Assembly (NCBI GenBank): GCA_034434155.1
Contig: DAOUAC010000033.1
Span: forward strand, 15,217 to 79,216
Direction: 5' to 3'
Length of the DNA stretch: 64,000 nucleotides
From: Anaerolineaceae bacterium
Lineage (GTDB): Bacteria > Chloroflexota > Anaerolineae > Anaerolineales > Anaerolineaceae
The position numbers and the translations under genes are program-made. A model generated the notes under the pieces. The model was not told the DNA's origin, did no database searches, and worked only from the letters and a program-made list of their open reading frames with translations. This document shows positions 53,270-61,893 of the stretch, one piece after another; the first letter of the stretch is position 1; each line of letters begins with the position of its first letter.

Positions 53270-55399
53270 TTACTTAAACGAATAAGTTTCCGGGTTGGTC
53301 ATCGCCATGTTGGGCATAATCCAGGGGTAGACCCAGCCGCCCAGCTTGTACTGCTCACGCCGCGGAACGTTCTCCATCTTCTTGCTGACGATCATCACGT
53401 GACCCTCGTTTGCCACCGTGCCAATGAAGAAGGGGCCCTCTTCGATGTGGACATTCCACAGCTCGTACTCCAACTGGGTGCGCTTGAGGGTATCCACCTC
53501 GACGATCGCCTTGAAGTAGATCTGGTGCAGTTTCTCGTAGACCGTGCCGGCATACTCGGGGTCTTTCTTGTTGAAGCGCGGCGGCTTGCGATCCCACGGG
53601 CTGATATCCGCTTCCTCAAACTCCTGCGGCGTGCCAAAGTACAGGAAGCCCTTCCCGCACAGCGGAGCCCACCGCTCGTGCGTGGTCGGGGTGCCGGGGT
53701 CGGGATAAACCAGGAAGTCCGGCCCATCGGCCCACTCCCACTGGCAGTGCATGGAGCCTCGCCCCGCGTACCACTCCGCCGAATACTGCGCGCTCGGCAG
53801 CGAGTTCAGCACGACTTTGATGCCAATGGCCTCGAACTGCGGCTTGACGATCTCCAGCACGGTCAGGTACAGGCCCTGGATGTCAGCGGTCACGTCAATG
53901 ATATGCTCGAACTTGGTGCCGTCCGGGTACTCGCGCCAGCCGTCGCCGTCCACGTCTTTCATGCCGATCTCGTCCAGCAGGGCCTTCGACTTCTCAGGGT
54001 TGTACTCAATATAAGCTTCGCGGGCTTTCTTGTAGTAAGCGCGGCCTTCCTCGCTCCAGTTGAATGGATACGCTTTGGGGCTGAACGTGCCGGTACTGAG
54101 AATCCCTGTCCCGTAATAAGCCTTCTCCTGGATCACGGCGCGGTCAATCGCGTGCGAAAGGGCCTGGCGGTACTTCTTGTTGCGGTACAGCTCGCGGCGC
54201 TTCGGATCGGGATGGTCGTGGTTGAAGAAGTAGTTCGCCCCAGAGCCAGAGCCGCTGTCTAGCAGGAAGACCTCGTACCCGCCCTTCTCTTCGTTCTCCT
54301 TCAGGGTCGCATAGTTGGCAAGCTGCCCATACTGCCAGTTGTTGTGGTCGCTCGCGCCCTGCATAATCATCGCCAGGCGGGCTTCCGTATCGAGGACCTC
54401 TTCCTCATCCCAGCCATCAATGTAGGGCAGTTGGTTGCCTTCGGGGTCCACCGCATAGTAGTACGGGTTGCGATCCCAACTGGCCGATTTGGAGACTTCG
54501 TAGCGCACGCACATCCAGGGGTCGAGTGTCGGGCATTCCGGGTTCTGCCGGAAGAGGATCTTCTGGTTGAGCGTCTCGAAGTCCTTGTATTCAGGGTTGT
54601 ACTTTGGGTGGAACTGCTTGATATAGTGCGCCGGCGTGATCCAGCGGCACGGCCCAATACAGCCCTTCACCCACATCGCCAACTGCTTGAGCGTCAGCGG
54701 GGCGGGCGTGCCGTAGGTCAGTTTAATGGTGAAGTCATCCATCTGCGTGATCTTCACCAGATCACCGTTGGCGTCGTGTGACCATTCGGGCAAGCCGTCG
54801 GGGTTGTTGGGGTCGGTCGCGATGGTCAGATCGTTCCACCAGAACATGGTGTCGTTCATCGTGGCAGGGGTGCCATCCGACCACTTCACACCCTCGCGCA
54901 TGTGCAGAATCCACTCGCTGTTGTCTTCATTGGTTGACCAGGTGTCGCACAGCCCAGGGGCAATGCCCATGCCGTCATCAATCCAGCGCACCGGCGAATA
55001 CCCGTACTGGCCTTCCTCAAAGAAACCGGCCAGCCAACTCGTCTGCATGTGGCTGCGGCCGCCGTATTTGCCGATGACGTTCACTGGGGCCAGTACCAGG
55101 GGATTGACGGGCAGGCGTTCTTCGACCGGGGGCAGTTTACCGGCTTTGACCAGCTCGGCCAACAGCGGCGATTCTTTGTACTTGGCGCCCGCCACAGTTG
55201 GGACCGGCGTGGCCGTGCCAGCCTGGGTGGGAATCGCGGTGGGTTCAGCGGTCGCTTCAACCATCTCCGTAGGGGCTTCAGCCTCAGTGGGAGCTGTCAC
55301 ATCAGGCGTGGGTTGGGCACAGGCCGCGAACAACATTCCACCCACTCCGGTGGCCGAAGCGATCAAAAATTCCCGTCGACTTAACTTCTTTGAAGCCAT
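53270..55399 (-). CDS. ABC transporter substrate-binding protein, family 5 (Opp/Dpp type), probable Tat-exported lipoprotein
   Basis: ATG 55399 preceded by GGAGGAAGAA. SRREFL twin-arginine motif, LFAAC lipobox, about 45-aa T/P/A/E linker, then an SBP_bac_5-like body. About 709 aa. Confidence 0.88.
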   Translation of the reverse strand: MASKKLSRREFLIASATGVGGMLFAACAQPTPDVTAPTEAEAPTEMVEATAEPTAIPTQAGTATPVPTVAGAKYKESPLLAELVKAGKLPPVEERLPVNPLVLAPVNVIGKYGGRSHMQTSWLAGFFEEGQYGYSPVRWIDDGMGIAPGLCDTWSTNEDNSEWILHMREGVKWSDGTPATMNDTMFWWNDLTIATDPNNPDGLPEWSHDANGDLVKITQMDDFTIKLTYGTPAPLTLKQLAMWVKGCIGPCRWITPAHYIKQFHPKYNPEYKDFETLNQKILFRQNPECPTLDPWMCVRYEVSKSASWDRNPYYYAVDPEGNQLPYIDGWDEEEVLDTEARLAMIMQGASDHNNWQYGQLANYATLKENEEKGGYEVFLLDSGSGSGANYFFNHDHPDPKRRELYRNKKYRQALSHAIDRAVIQEKAYYGTGILSTGTFSPKAYPFNWSEEGRAYYKKAREAYIEYNPEKSKALLDEIGMKDVDGDGWREYPDGTKFEHIIDVTADIQGLYLTVLEIVKPQFEAIGIKVVLNSLPSAQYSAEWYAGRGSMHCQWEWADGPDFLVYPDPGTPTTHERWAPLCGKGFLYFGTPQEFEEADISPWDRKPPRFNKKDPEYAGTVYEKLHQIYFKAIVEVDTLKRTQLEYELWNVHIEEGPFFIGTVANEGHVMIVSKKMENVPRREQYKLGGWVYPWIMPNMAMTNPETYSFK

Positions 55400-55646
55400 T
55401 TCTTCCTCCAATTGTAAACGCTGGTTCAGTCATCCTTACGCAATGAAACTCCGTTCAGGTTATTTCTCCATTCACCTCCTTATCCCGAAAAAAATGCCGG
55501 TCGCCTGCCGCCTGTTATGTTATGCTTTCACCCGGCAGATCAACCTTCTTCTGCCCAAAATATGCTCCTGGTTTTAGGTTGGGAAGAACAGGGGAATAGC
55601 GCGCGAACCCACCTATACCAGCTCAAAAATTAAGCGATGATCATTG

Positions 55647-55660
55647 TGAATACGTTTACA
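55647..55660. promoter_or_regulatory. LacI-type operator, distal site of unit B
   Basis: TGAATACGTTTACA, identical to the 49781 site. A degenerate copy TGCAAACGTATCCA lies at 55690-55703. Confidence 0.6.
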
Positions 55661-55896
55661 ATCAGCTGCAACACTTGGAGCAACAGAACTGCAAACGTAT
55701 CCACATCACGAGCCAAATATCCAGCCAAACCGGTAAAAGCGAGGCTCTATCAGCCCAAGGAAACACCCAAAGAAAATATAAATATTTAAGGAAAAATAAT
55801 ACCATCCAGGCATTTGGCTAAAACGCCTGTTTAGCAGCCCAAGTGGTGATTGAAACTGTAAACTGCCGTTTTTTTGCCAAAAAGACAGGAAAAAAT

Positions 55897-55910
55897 TGTA
55901 AACGTTTTCA
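55897..55910. promoter_or_regulatory. LacI-type operator, proximal site of unit B
   Basis: TGTAAACGTTTTCA, 14 nt downstream of the -10 box of promoter B. Sequence and spacing are the same as in unit A. Confidence 0.65.
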
Positions 55911-55924
55911 GTTATACCAAAATC

Positions 55925-55953
55925 ATTATAGTAAGATTAACCGCGCTTGTCAA
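55925..55953 (-). promoter_or_regulatory. Consensus sigma-70 promoter B (drives SBP-permease operon)
   Basis: Minus strand reads TTGACA (55953-55948), 17 nt, TATAAT (55930-55925). Confidence 0.7.
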
Positions 55954-56099
55954 TAGATTTTTTCCGGCTCATCTCCCAAAAATTGTTCCCTGCCTTCCAA
56001 AGGTTCATAAGCCACCTGTTTAAGTTATTCTTTGGATCATTACCGCATGCCGAAGAACCGGATAACGTGCGCTTTGGCTCTGGCATCGTTGACTGCCTA

Positions 56100-56128
56100 T
56101 TGACAATCATTGGAGATGTCACTATAAT
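56100..56128 (+). promoter_or_regulatory. Consensus sigma-70 promoter C (drives GH172 C - lacI - GH172 D)
   Basis: TTGACA (56100-56105), 17 nt, TATAAT (56123-56128). Divergent from promoter B, with the -35 boxes 146 bp apart. Confidence 0.7.
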
Positions 56129-56134
56129 GATCTT

Positions 56135-56148
56135 TGAAAACGTTTACA
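56135..56148. promoter_or_regulatory. LacI-type operator, proximal site of unit C
   Basis: TGAAAACGTTTACA, 6 nt after the -10 box. Confidence 0.65.
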
Positions 56149-56326
56149 AATCCTTATTTTTTCGAGTTCAAGGTGGGCCAGATCAATTGTTTGACCTGAT
56201 CCATAACCTACGGTAAAATCAGGTGCTTTCTTTGTAAACTCGTTTTCCTGGCTGGGCGTCCTCTGGCAGAAACAGTTTTGCCCTTAAAGGTCTTCGCTCA
56301 TCCGATCCGCAGGTTGCCCAAAAAGC

Positions 56327-56340
56327 TGAATACGTTTTCA
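56327..56340. promoter_or_regulatory. LacI-type operator, distal site of unit C
   Basis: TGAATACGTTTTCA, 192 bp centre-to-centre from the proximal site. Confidence 0.6.
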
Positions 56341-56432
56341 GATTTTCTTCGCTGTACCTCGTCTCCCTACCCATGCGAGGCGTGTGTTGCTAATGCAAAC
56401 ACCGCGATCCCATCTCTACGAAGGAGTACTGC

Positions 56433-57518
56433 ATGTCGGAACAATTCAATGGTCTACATCTCAATCTGGGAAACCTCTCACGCCTGTCGCACGCCAAAAC
56501 CCGCTCGATCAGCGCGGAAAACTTTACCGGCGAGAAGGGCAAGGCGGCCATGGCTACAGAAGGTACCGGCGCGCGCTGTGCCCGCGACCTGGGCCAGGGC
56601 TGGAAAGTCTCTCCCTCCGTTGTGATCGAACCCCATTCGCTCTTTACTATGGCTGAAATTCAGGACCAGGGAGCAATCCAGCAAATCTGGATCACCACGC
56701 ACCCTAATAACTGGCGGACAACGGTACTGCGCATGTACTGGGATGGCGAAGAGTCTCCATCCGTCGAGACTCCCCTCGGCGATTTTTTCTGCTCCGGCTG
56801 GTGCGAGCGCGTCAACATCCGCTCGCTCCCAATTGCGGTCAATCCAGCCGGCGGGTTCAATTCCTATTGGGAGATGCCTTTCCGCAAATCAGCCCGCATC
56901 ACCCTGGAAAACCTGTCGGACGAAAAAATTGTCGTCTACTACCAGGTTAACTACACCCTCACTACCGTCCCCGACGATGTTGCCTATTTCCACGCCCAAT
57001 GGCGGCGCAGTAACCCACTGCCCTACAAAACCGAACACACCCTGCTCGACGGTGTTCGCGGTCAGGGGCATTATGTTGGCACATACATTGCCTGGGGAGT
57101 TAACAACAACGGCTGGTGGGGCGAGGGCGAGATCAAGTTCTATATGGATGGCGACCAGGAATTCCCCACCATCTGCGGCACCGGCACAGAAGATTACTTC
57201 GGTGGAGCCTGGAACTTCGAATTCCCCAAAGGCGAGTACGGCGTCTTTACCGGCCCCTACACCGGCCTCCCTCAGGTGATTAAACCAGATGGCCTCTACC
57301 GCTCGCAACAGCGCTTTGGCCTGTACCGCTGGCACATTATGGACCCCATCCGCTTTGAACAGGATCTTAAAGTCACCATCCAGGCCCTGGGCTGGCGCTC
57401 CGGTGGGCGCTACCTGCCAGAGCAAGATGACATTGCCTCTACCAGTTTCTGGTATCAGACCGAACCCCATGCCCCCTTCCCGCCTCTTCCCGGCCGGGAT
57501 GAGTTAGAGGTCATCTAA
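56433..57518 (+). CDS. DUF2961 / glycoside hydrolase family 172 protein (paralog C)
   Basis: Motifs AYFHAQWRR, WWGEGEIKFYMDGD, CGTGTEDYFGGAWNF, LYRWH. RBS aaggag. No signal peptide. Clearly similar to paralog A along its full length. Confidence 0.85.
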   Translation: MSEQFNGLHLNLGNLSRLSHAKTRSISAENFTGEKGKAAMATEGTGARCARDLGQGWKVSPSVVIEPHSLFTMAEIQDQGAIQQIWITTHPNNWRTTVLRMYWDGEESPSVETPLGDFFCSGWCERVNIRSLPIAVNPAGGFNSYWEMPFRKSARITLENLSDEKIVVYYQVNYTLTTVPDDVAYFHAQWRRSNPLPYKTEHTLLDGVRGQGHYVGTYIAWGVNNNGWWGEGEIKFYMDGDQEFPTICGTGTEDYFGGAWNFEFPKGEYGVFTGPYTGLPQVIKPDGLYRSQQRFGLYRWHIMDPIRFEQDLKVTIQALGWRSGGRYLPEQDDIASTSFWYQTEPHAPFPPLPGRDELEVI

Positions 57519-57528
57519 AATCCACCTT

Positions 57529-57571
57529 TAGACTTCCTGCCGGCTCTCCAAATAGGGCCGCAGGAAGTCTA
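57529..57571 (+). other. Hairpin between GH172 paralog C and the LacI gene
   Basis: 12-bp stem tagacttcctgc/gcaggaagtcta with a 19-nt loop and no U-tract. Confidence 0.45.
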
Positions 57572-57619
57572 GAGCGTGATCCCCATGGTTTCACCTGAAT
57601 CATTTGCAAGAGAAAAAGA

Positions 57620-58693
57620 GTGTCTATGTTAAATTCAGGTTCAGGTAATGAGCGTAAGAAGGTCTCAACGATCCGGCAGGTAGCGGAAGCGGCTGGTGTG
57701 TCCATTGCAACGGTTTCGCGCGTGCTGAGCGGCAAAGGTGGGGTCTCAGAACAACTGGCCGAGAAAGTCCGGCAGGCGGCGGCTGAGCTGAATTTTAAGC
57801 CCAACCGCGTTGCTCGCGGACTGCGCCGCCAGTATATGCAAACCATCGGGGTTATTGTCACCGATATTCAGAACCCATTTTTCACCAGCGTCTTACAGGG
57901 CATCGAGCGCGTGCTCGAAGCCAGCGGATACGTCCTTCTGCTGTGCAATTCCGACGAACAGCCCAACCGCGAGAAAATCCATCTGGCGACCTTACAGGCC
58001 GAAGGTGTAGCTGGCATTATCATTGCCCCTACCCGCAGTGAAACCGCGCGCTACCAGCCAGTGATTGACAGCGGTCTGCCCATCGTCGTGATCGACCGCG
58101 AAGTACCAGACCTGCGCGCCGACTGCGTTACCGTGAACAATACCGATGCGGCCATCAGTGCCGTGAACCATTTAATCAGCCTCGGCCATAGAAAAATCGG
58201 GTTAATCGCCGGCCCCAACCATGCCACCACCTCGGTTGCGCGCCGCAAAGGCTATCTACAGGCCCTGCGCGATGCCGGCATCAGCCATGTACCCGAATAT
58301 ATCCAACTGGCCGATTATAAGCAGTGCGGCGGTTATGAAGCCATGGGCAGGCTTCTAAAACTCGCAGATCCCCCCACTGCCGTTATGGTACTCAATAATC
58401 TCATGACCCTGGGAGCGCTCCAGTCCATTCAGGAACACAAACTGCGCGTACCAGGTGATGTTGCTCTCTTGGGCTTCGATGACATGTCCTGGGCCGTTTG
58501 CCTGCAGCCGCCCCTCACCGTGGTGGCACAGCCCACCCATGCGCTCGGAGAAACCGCGGCGCAGTTGATGATTGACCGCATCCAAAACCCATCGCGTCCC
58601 ATTCGCAAAGTAACGTTAGAAACGTCGCTGATCATCCGCGCTTCTACGGCGGGCGCTGATGCGCCCTTCCGTGAAAATTCCTGCAAAGGCTAA
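57620..58693 (+). CDS. LacI-family transcriptional regulator
   Basis: HTH TIRQVAEAAGVSIATVSRVLSG plus a periplasmic-binding-protein-like sugar-sensing core. GTG at 57620 or ATG at 57626. Confidence 0.92.
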   Translation: MSMLNSGSGNERKKVSTIRQVAEAAGVSIATVSRVLSGKGGVSEQLAEKVRQAAAELNFKPNRVARGLRRQYMQTIGVIVTDIQNPFFTSVLQGIERVLEASGYVLLLCNSDEQPNREKIHLATLQAEGVAGIIIAPTRSETARYQPVIDSGLPIVVIDREVPDLRADCVTVNNTDAAISAVNHLISLGHRKIGLIAGPNHATTSVARRKGYLQALRDAGISHVPEYIQLADYKQCGGYEAMGRLLKLADPPTAVMVLNNLMTLGALQSIQEHKLRVPGDVALLGFDDMSWAVCLQPPLTVVAQPTHALGETAAQLMIDRIQNPSRPIRKVTLETSLIIRASTAGADAPFRENSCKG

Positions 58694-58715
58694 GACTGCA
58701 CTCCGCGAGGTTCCT

Positions 58716-59852
58716 ATGTCTGCTTTCAAACACAGTCCTTTAGGGCAGCTTGCCCGCCTGCGCAACGTGCGCACGCGCCGCGTTTCGAGCTGGGATCGCA
58801 CCGGCGGCAACAACGACTTCCTGGTGGTCCAACCCGCTGAAACCGTTACGTTAGCCGATATTCAAGGCGCTGGCTGTATCAACCACATCTGGTGTACCCA
58901 CATGACCGCTCAGCCCGACTACCTGCGCCGGGTTGTCTTGCGCATGAAATGGGATAACGAGCCCAACTTCTCCGTCGAAGTCCCCCTGGGCGATTTTTTT
59001 GGCGTGGGTCACGCTCAAACCGTTAACTTTTCTTCACTCCCCCTCCAGATGAGCCCCAGCGAAGGGCGCGGGTTCAACTGCTGGTTCCCCATGCCCTTTG
59101 CGGAACGGGCTTACCTGGAACTGCACAACGAAGGCGATACCCCGCTTAACTTCTATTATTACGTTGATTACGAACTGCACGACTCCATTGACCCAGAGAT
59201 GGGCCGCTTCCATGCCCAATGGCGGCGGCAGAATCCCTGCCAGGGCATCTCGGATGAGGGCATGAATAACCTGGAGTTTGAGTTCGGCGGCCAGAATATC
59301 GGCGGCGCGAACAATTACGTAATCCTCGAAGCCGAAGGCAGAGGCCATTACGTTGGCTGCAACCTTAACATCCACAACCTGCGCCGGCGGCCCGAGCTGG
59401 AATGGCCTGCCGATTTAAGCTGGCCGATGAAGTTCGAAGAACTGGGCGACCCCGAAAAGCAGAAGCAGCTCATGAGCATCTTCAACTGGTACGGTGAAGG
59501 CGATGATATGATCTTCATTGACGGCGAAGAATGGCCGCCCTCACTGCACGGAACCGGCACGGAAGATTACTTCAACACCGCTTACTGCCCCATGATTAAA
59601 TACGATGCGCCCTATCACGGCCTGACGATCCCCGGCGGGCCCAACTGGAGCGGTAAAATCTCCCTCTACCGCTTCCACATCGAAGACCCCATCCACTTTA
59701 CCCGCTCCATCCGCGTGACCATCGAACACGGTCACAATAACCAGCGGTCAGATGATTATTCCAGCACCGCTTACTGGTACCAGGCGGAACCCCATAAACC
59801 CTTCCCGGCGCTGCCGCCGGTGCAAGACCGCCTGCCCAACCCCGACAAATGA
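58716..59852 (+). CDS. DUF2961 / glycoside hydrolase family 172 protein (paralog D, most divergent)
   Basis: Motifs RFHAQWRR, WYGEGDDMIFIDGE, HGTGTEDYF, LYRFH. It carries an extra insertion (RRRPELEWPADLSWPMKFEELGDPEKQKQ). ATG 58716 lies 23 nt after the lacI stop. Confidence 0.8.
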   Translation: MSAFKHSPLGQLARLRNVRTRRVSSWDRTGGNNDFLVVQPAETVTLADIQGAGCINHIWCTHMTAQPDYLRRVVLRMKWDNEPNFSVEVPLGDFFGVGHAQTVNFSSLPLQMSPSEGRGFNCWFPMPFAERAYLELHNEGDTPLNFYYYVDYELHDSIDPEMGRFHAQWRRQNPCQGISDEGMNNLEFEFGGQNIGGANNYVILEAEGRGHYVGCNLNIHNLRRRPELEWPADLSWPMKFEELGDPEKQKQLMSIFNWYGEGDDMIFIDGEEWPPSLHGTGTEDYFNTAYCPMIKYDAPYHGLTIPGGPNWSGKISLYRFHIEDPIHFTRSIRVTIEHGHNNQRSDDYSSTAYWYQAEPHKPFPALPPVQDRLPNPDK

Positions 59853-59862
59853 GCGGCTGAAA

Positions 59863-59911
59863 AGCAGGCTGCTGTGCCAGACACGCAAAGCGCCCGGCAT
59901 AGCAGCCTGCT
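59863..59911. terminator. Hairpin between convergent GH172 D and the secreted-protein gene
   Basis: 11-bp stem agcaggctgct/agcagcctgct, extendable by about 5 more pairs. Confidence 0.55.
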
Positions 59912-59933
59912 CACTTCATTTATCTATATCTAT

Positions 59934-61664
59934 CTAATTGCAGCCCGGCAGCTTAAAGCTGATGATGCGCGTCTGCCAGCCGGCCAGGCTGGTCGCCTGC
60001 CCCGCTGCCGTGTAGTACTCATTCACGTACCAGAAGGTGCAGTCGTCCACCGGGTCAATGTTCATCGAGGTATAGTCGCCCCAACGTGAGTTGGTCGTCA
60101 GTTGCACGCCAGATCCGCTAATCCCCACGCCTTCGCCCAGGGTCATCTGCCCCAACGGGTCGCCGGCCAGGCGGCCCGTGTAACGGATACCGGGGAAAAC
60201 ATTCACGCCGTTGACCACGCTGTACCCCACCGCCATATTGCCCATCTTATCCTGGGCAATGCTGCCCATCCAGCGGTGAACGCCATCCCCAGGGGCATAG
60301 GTGCCCTGCTGGTAGAGTGAGTAGACGCCGTTAACGCGGCGGATCTCGTACCAGCGCACGCCTGCCACGCCCGGCAGTGCCTCGACCGACTGGTTCGTCA
60401 CCAGGGTCTCATAATCCTTAAAGTTGCGGTAGGCCAGCCGCCAGGTAGGCCGCTGGCGATATGAGAGGATGTCAAGATATTGGGCAGGGTTGGTGATGCC
60501 GGGCTGGGGCAGACAGTCACGCGAGGTGGGCGCGCACGGGAAGATGGAGTCAAACTCGGCCACCGGCAGTTGCGCGGCCAGCGTCAGTGAGGCTGTCGGA
60601 GTACTTCTCCACTTCACATCTAGATTAAAGATGTTGAGGGCGTCAAAGGTGGCTCCATAGAAGGCATCATCATCCTGCGTGCCGACAATGGGCGCGGGCG
60701 CATCTTCTTTGGGTTTCTGCTTGCCGTCCACATCCGCCGGCAGCAGCCCGTCACCTACCAGCGGCAGGATGGCCGGGTTGTTGCCATCCAGGAAGAAGCT
60801 GACGGCGCGCGCCTTGGTTAGCCCATCAATCATCTTGTTGCGTTCCAGGGCGTACACGCCAATGCCATATTCAATCGTTGGCCCGAACTCGCGCGTGGTG
60901 ATAATGTAACTGTCTTTCCAGACGCCGTACTTGGGATAATCTGGGAAGTTGAAACCGGTGGTGAAGGCGTAGCGATAATAAGCGCCGGTCGGATCGCCGG
61001 TTTGCGAAATGGCGACGCAGTTGTAGAACGGCAGAGTCGAGTCATCCAGACCGCGCGTGGTGAACTGTGACAGCAGCCAGCGATCGGCAAATTGATCGTA
61101 GAGGACAATCGGATCGCCGGAAGGGTCGGTGCAGTCGGGAATCGCGAAGCCCTGCCACAGCGCGCCGATATCCACCGGCCCCAACAGCAGGTCGCCCGTC
61201 TTAGAATACACCGCAAAGACCAGGTTGATCATCTCTACATAGTGGTTCGGCCCCACGTCTCCCACCGGGTCGGGCGGATTGACGCGGAAGCCAAAGACGT
61301 TGAAGTTATCCTGATTGCTCAACCCATCAAAGTTCGCCAGCGTACCAGGAATGGATGCAGCAGCCGGGGCGCTCTGCAAGGCGTCATCGCCCTGATGAGA
61401 TTGATGATCTGTGCCTGCCCGCGGCCCGCGCTCCGGTCGTACCTCCTCAGCGTCCGGCCTGGCAGACCGCTCCGCACGGTAATTCTTTGCCAGATCGCGC
61501 AGAGGCGAGGTTTTATCAAACGCCACGTTATCTGAAAATTTCGGCTGCGGCTCTTTGGCCGCCGGCGCAGCCTGGGCCGCGCCAAACAGTGTTACAACCA
61601 GCGAGACAGCCGCCAGCAGCAGCAGTCCTGTCTTCGCCCGAACAGCCCAACGGTGCAAAAACAT
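59934..61664 (-). CDS. Secreted protein of unknown family (possibly beta-propeller/sialidase-like)
   Basis: Signal peptide (LLLLAAVSLVVTLFGAAQA), PPDPVGDVGPNHYVEMIN and SRWGDYTSMNIDP motifs. 576 aa. Confidence 0.6.
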   Translation of the reverse strand: MFLHRWAVRAKTGLLLLAAVSLVVTLFGAAQAAPAAKEPQPKFSDNVAFDKTSPLRDLAKNYRAERSARPDAEEVRPERGPRAGTDHQSHQGDDALQSAPAAASIPGTLANFDGLSNQDNFNVFGFRVNPPDPVGDVGPNHYVEMINLVFAVYSKTGDLLLGPVDIGALWQGFAIPDCTDPSGDPIVLYDQFADRWLLSQFTTRGLDDSTLPFYNCVAISQTGDPTGAYYRYAFTTGFNFPDYPKYGVWKDSYIITTREFGPTIEYGIGVYALERNKMIDGLTKARAVSFFLDGNNPAILPLVGDGLLPADVDGKQKPKEDAPAPIVGTQDDDAFYGATFDALNIFNLDVKWRSTPTASLTLAAQLPVAEFDSIFPCAPTSRDCLPQPGITNPAQYLDILSYRQRPTWRLAYRNFKDYETLVTNQSVEALPGVAGVRWYEIRRVNGVYSLYQQGTYAPGDGVHRWMGSIAQDKMGNMAVGYSVVNGVNVFPGIRYTGRLAGDPLGQMTLGEGVGISGSGVQLTTNSRWGDYTSMNIDPVDDCTFWYVNEYYTAAGQATSLAGWQTRIISFKLPGCN

Positions 61665-61735
61665 CGCAGACCTCCTGTTCCGAAAAAGGGATCATTTGTT
61701 TGTCTTACCCCCTACAATTAAATGGTGACAAAAAG

Positions 61736-61763
61736 ATTATATCAACAGTTACAATATTGACAA
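61736..61763 (-). promoter_or_regulatory. Possible promoter of the secreted-protein gene
   Basis: Minus strand reads TTGTCA, 16 nt, TATAAT, in an AT-rich spacer about 70 nt upstream of the ATG. Confidence 0.4.
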
Positions 61764-61819
61764 ATGTAATCAACGAACTATAAAAGAACTATATTCCCTC
61801 AAATCATCGAAAAGCCACT

Positions 61820-61853
61820 AAAAAACTCTCTCCGGCCACGGACCGGAGAGAGT
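61820..61853 (-). terminator. Intrinsic terminator after nuoN
   Basis: 11-bp stem actctctccgg/ccggagagagt, followed on the minus strand by a U-run (plus-strand A-run 61820-61824). Confidence 0.75.
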
Positions 61854-61893
61854 CTGAAGGAATGTTCAGTCGAAGAGAACTTTTTAGACTGTT

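Noticed and set aside
55411-55426. attgtaaacgctggttca just upstream of the SBP RBS, considered as a seventh operator.
   Set aside because: Only the left half-site (TGTAAACG) matches and the right half is not palindromic. It may be a remnant and was not called.
53399-55577. Two long plus-strand ORFs (287 aa and 283 aa).
   Set aside because: Both lie antisense inside the family-5 binding-protein gene. They show no motifs and have a biased R/V/G/L composition.
55937-56216. Small ORFs (61 aa minus, 89 aa plus) in the divergent promoter region.
   Set aside because: They span the -35/-10 boxes and operators of promoters B and C. They have no RBS, and the region is better explained as regulatory DNA.
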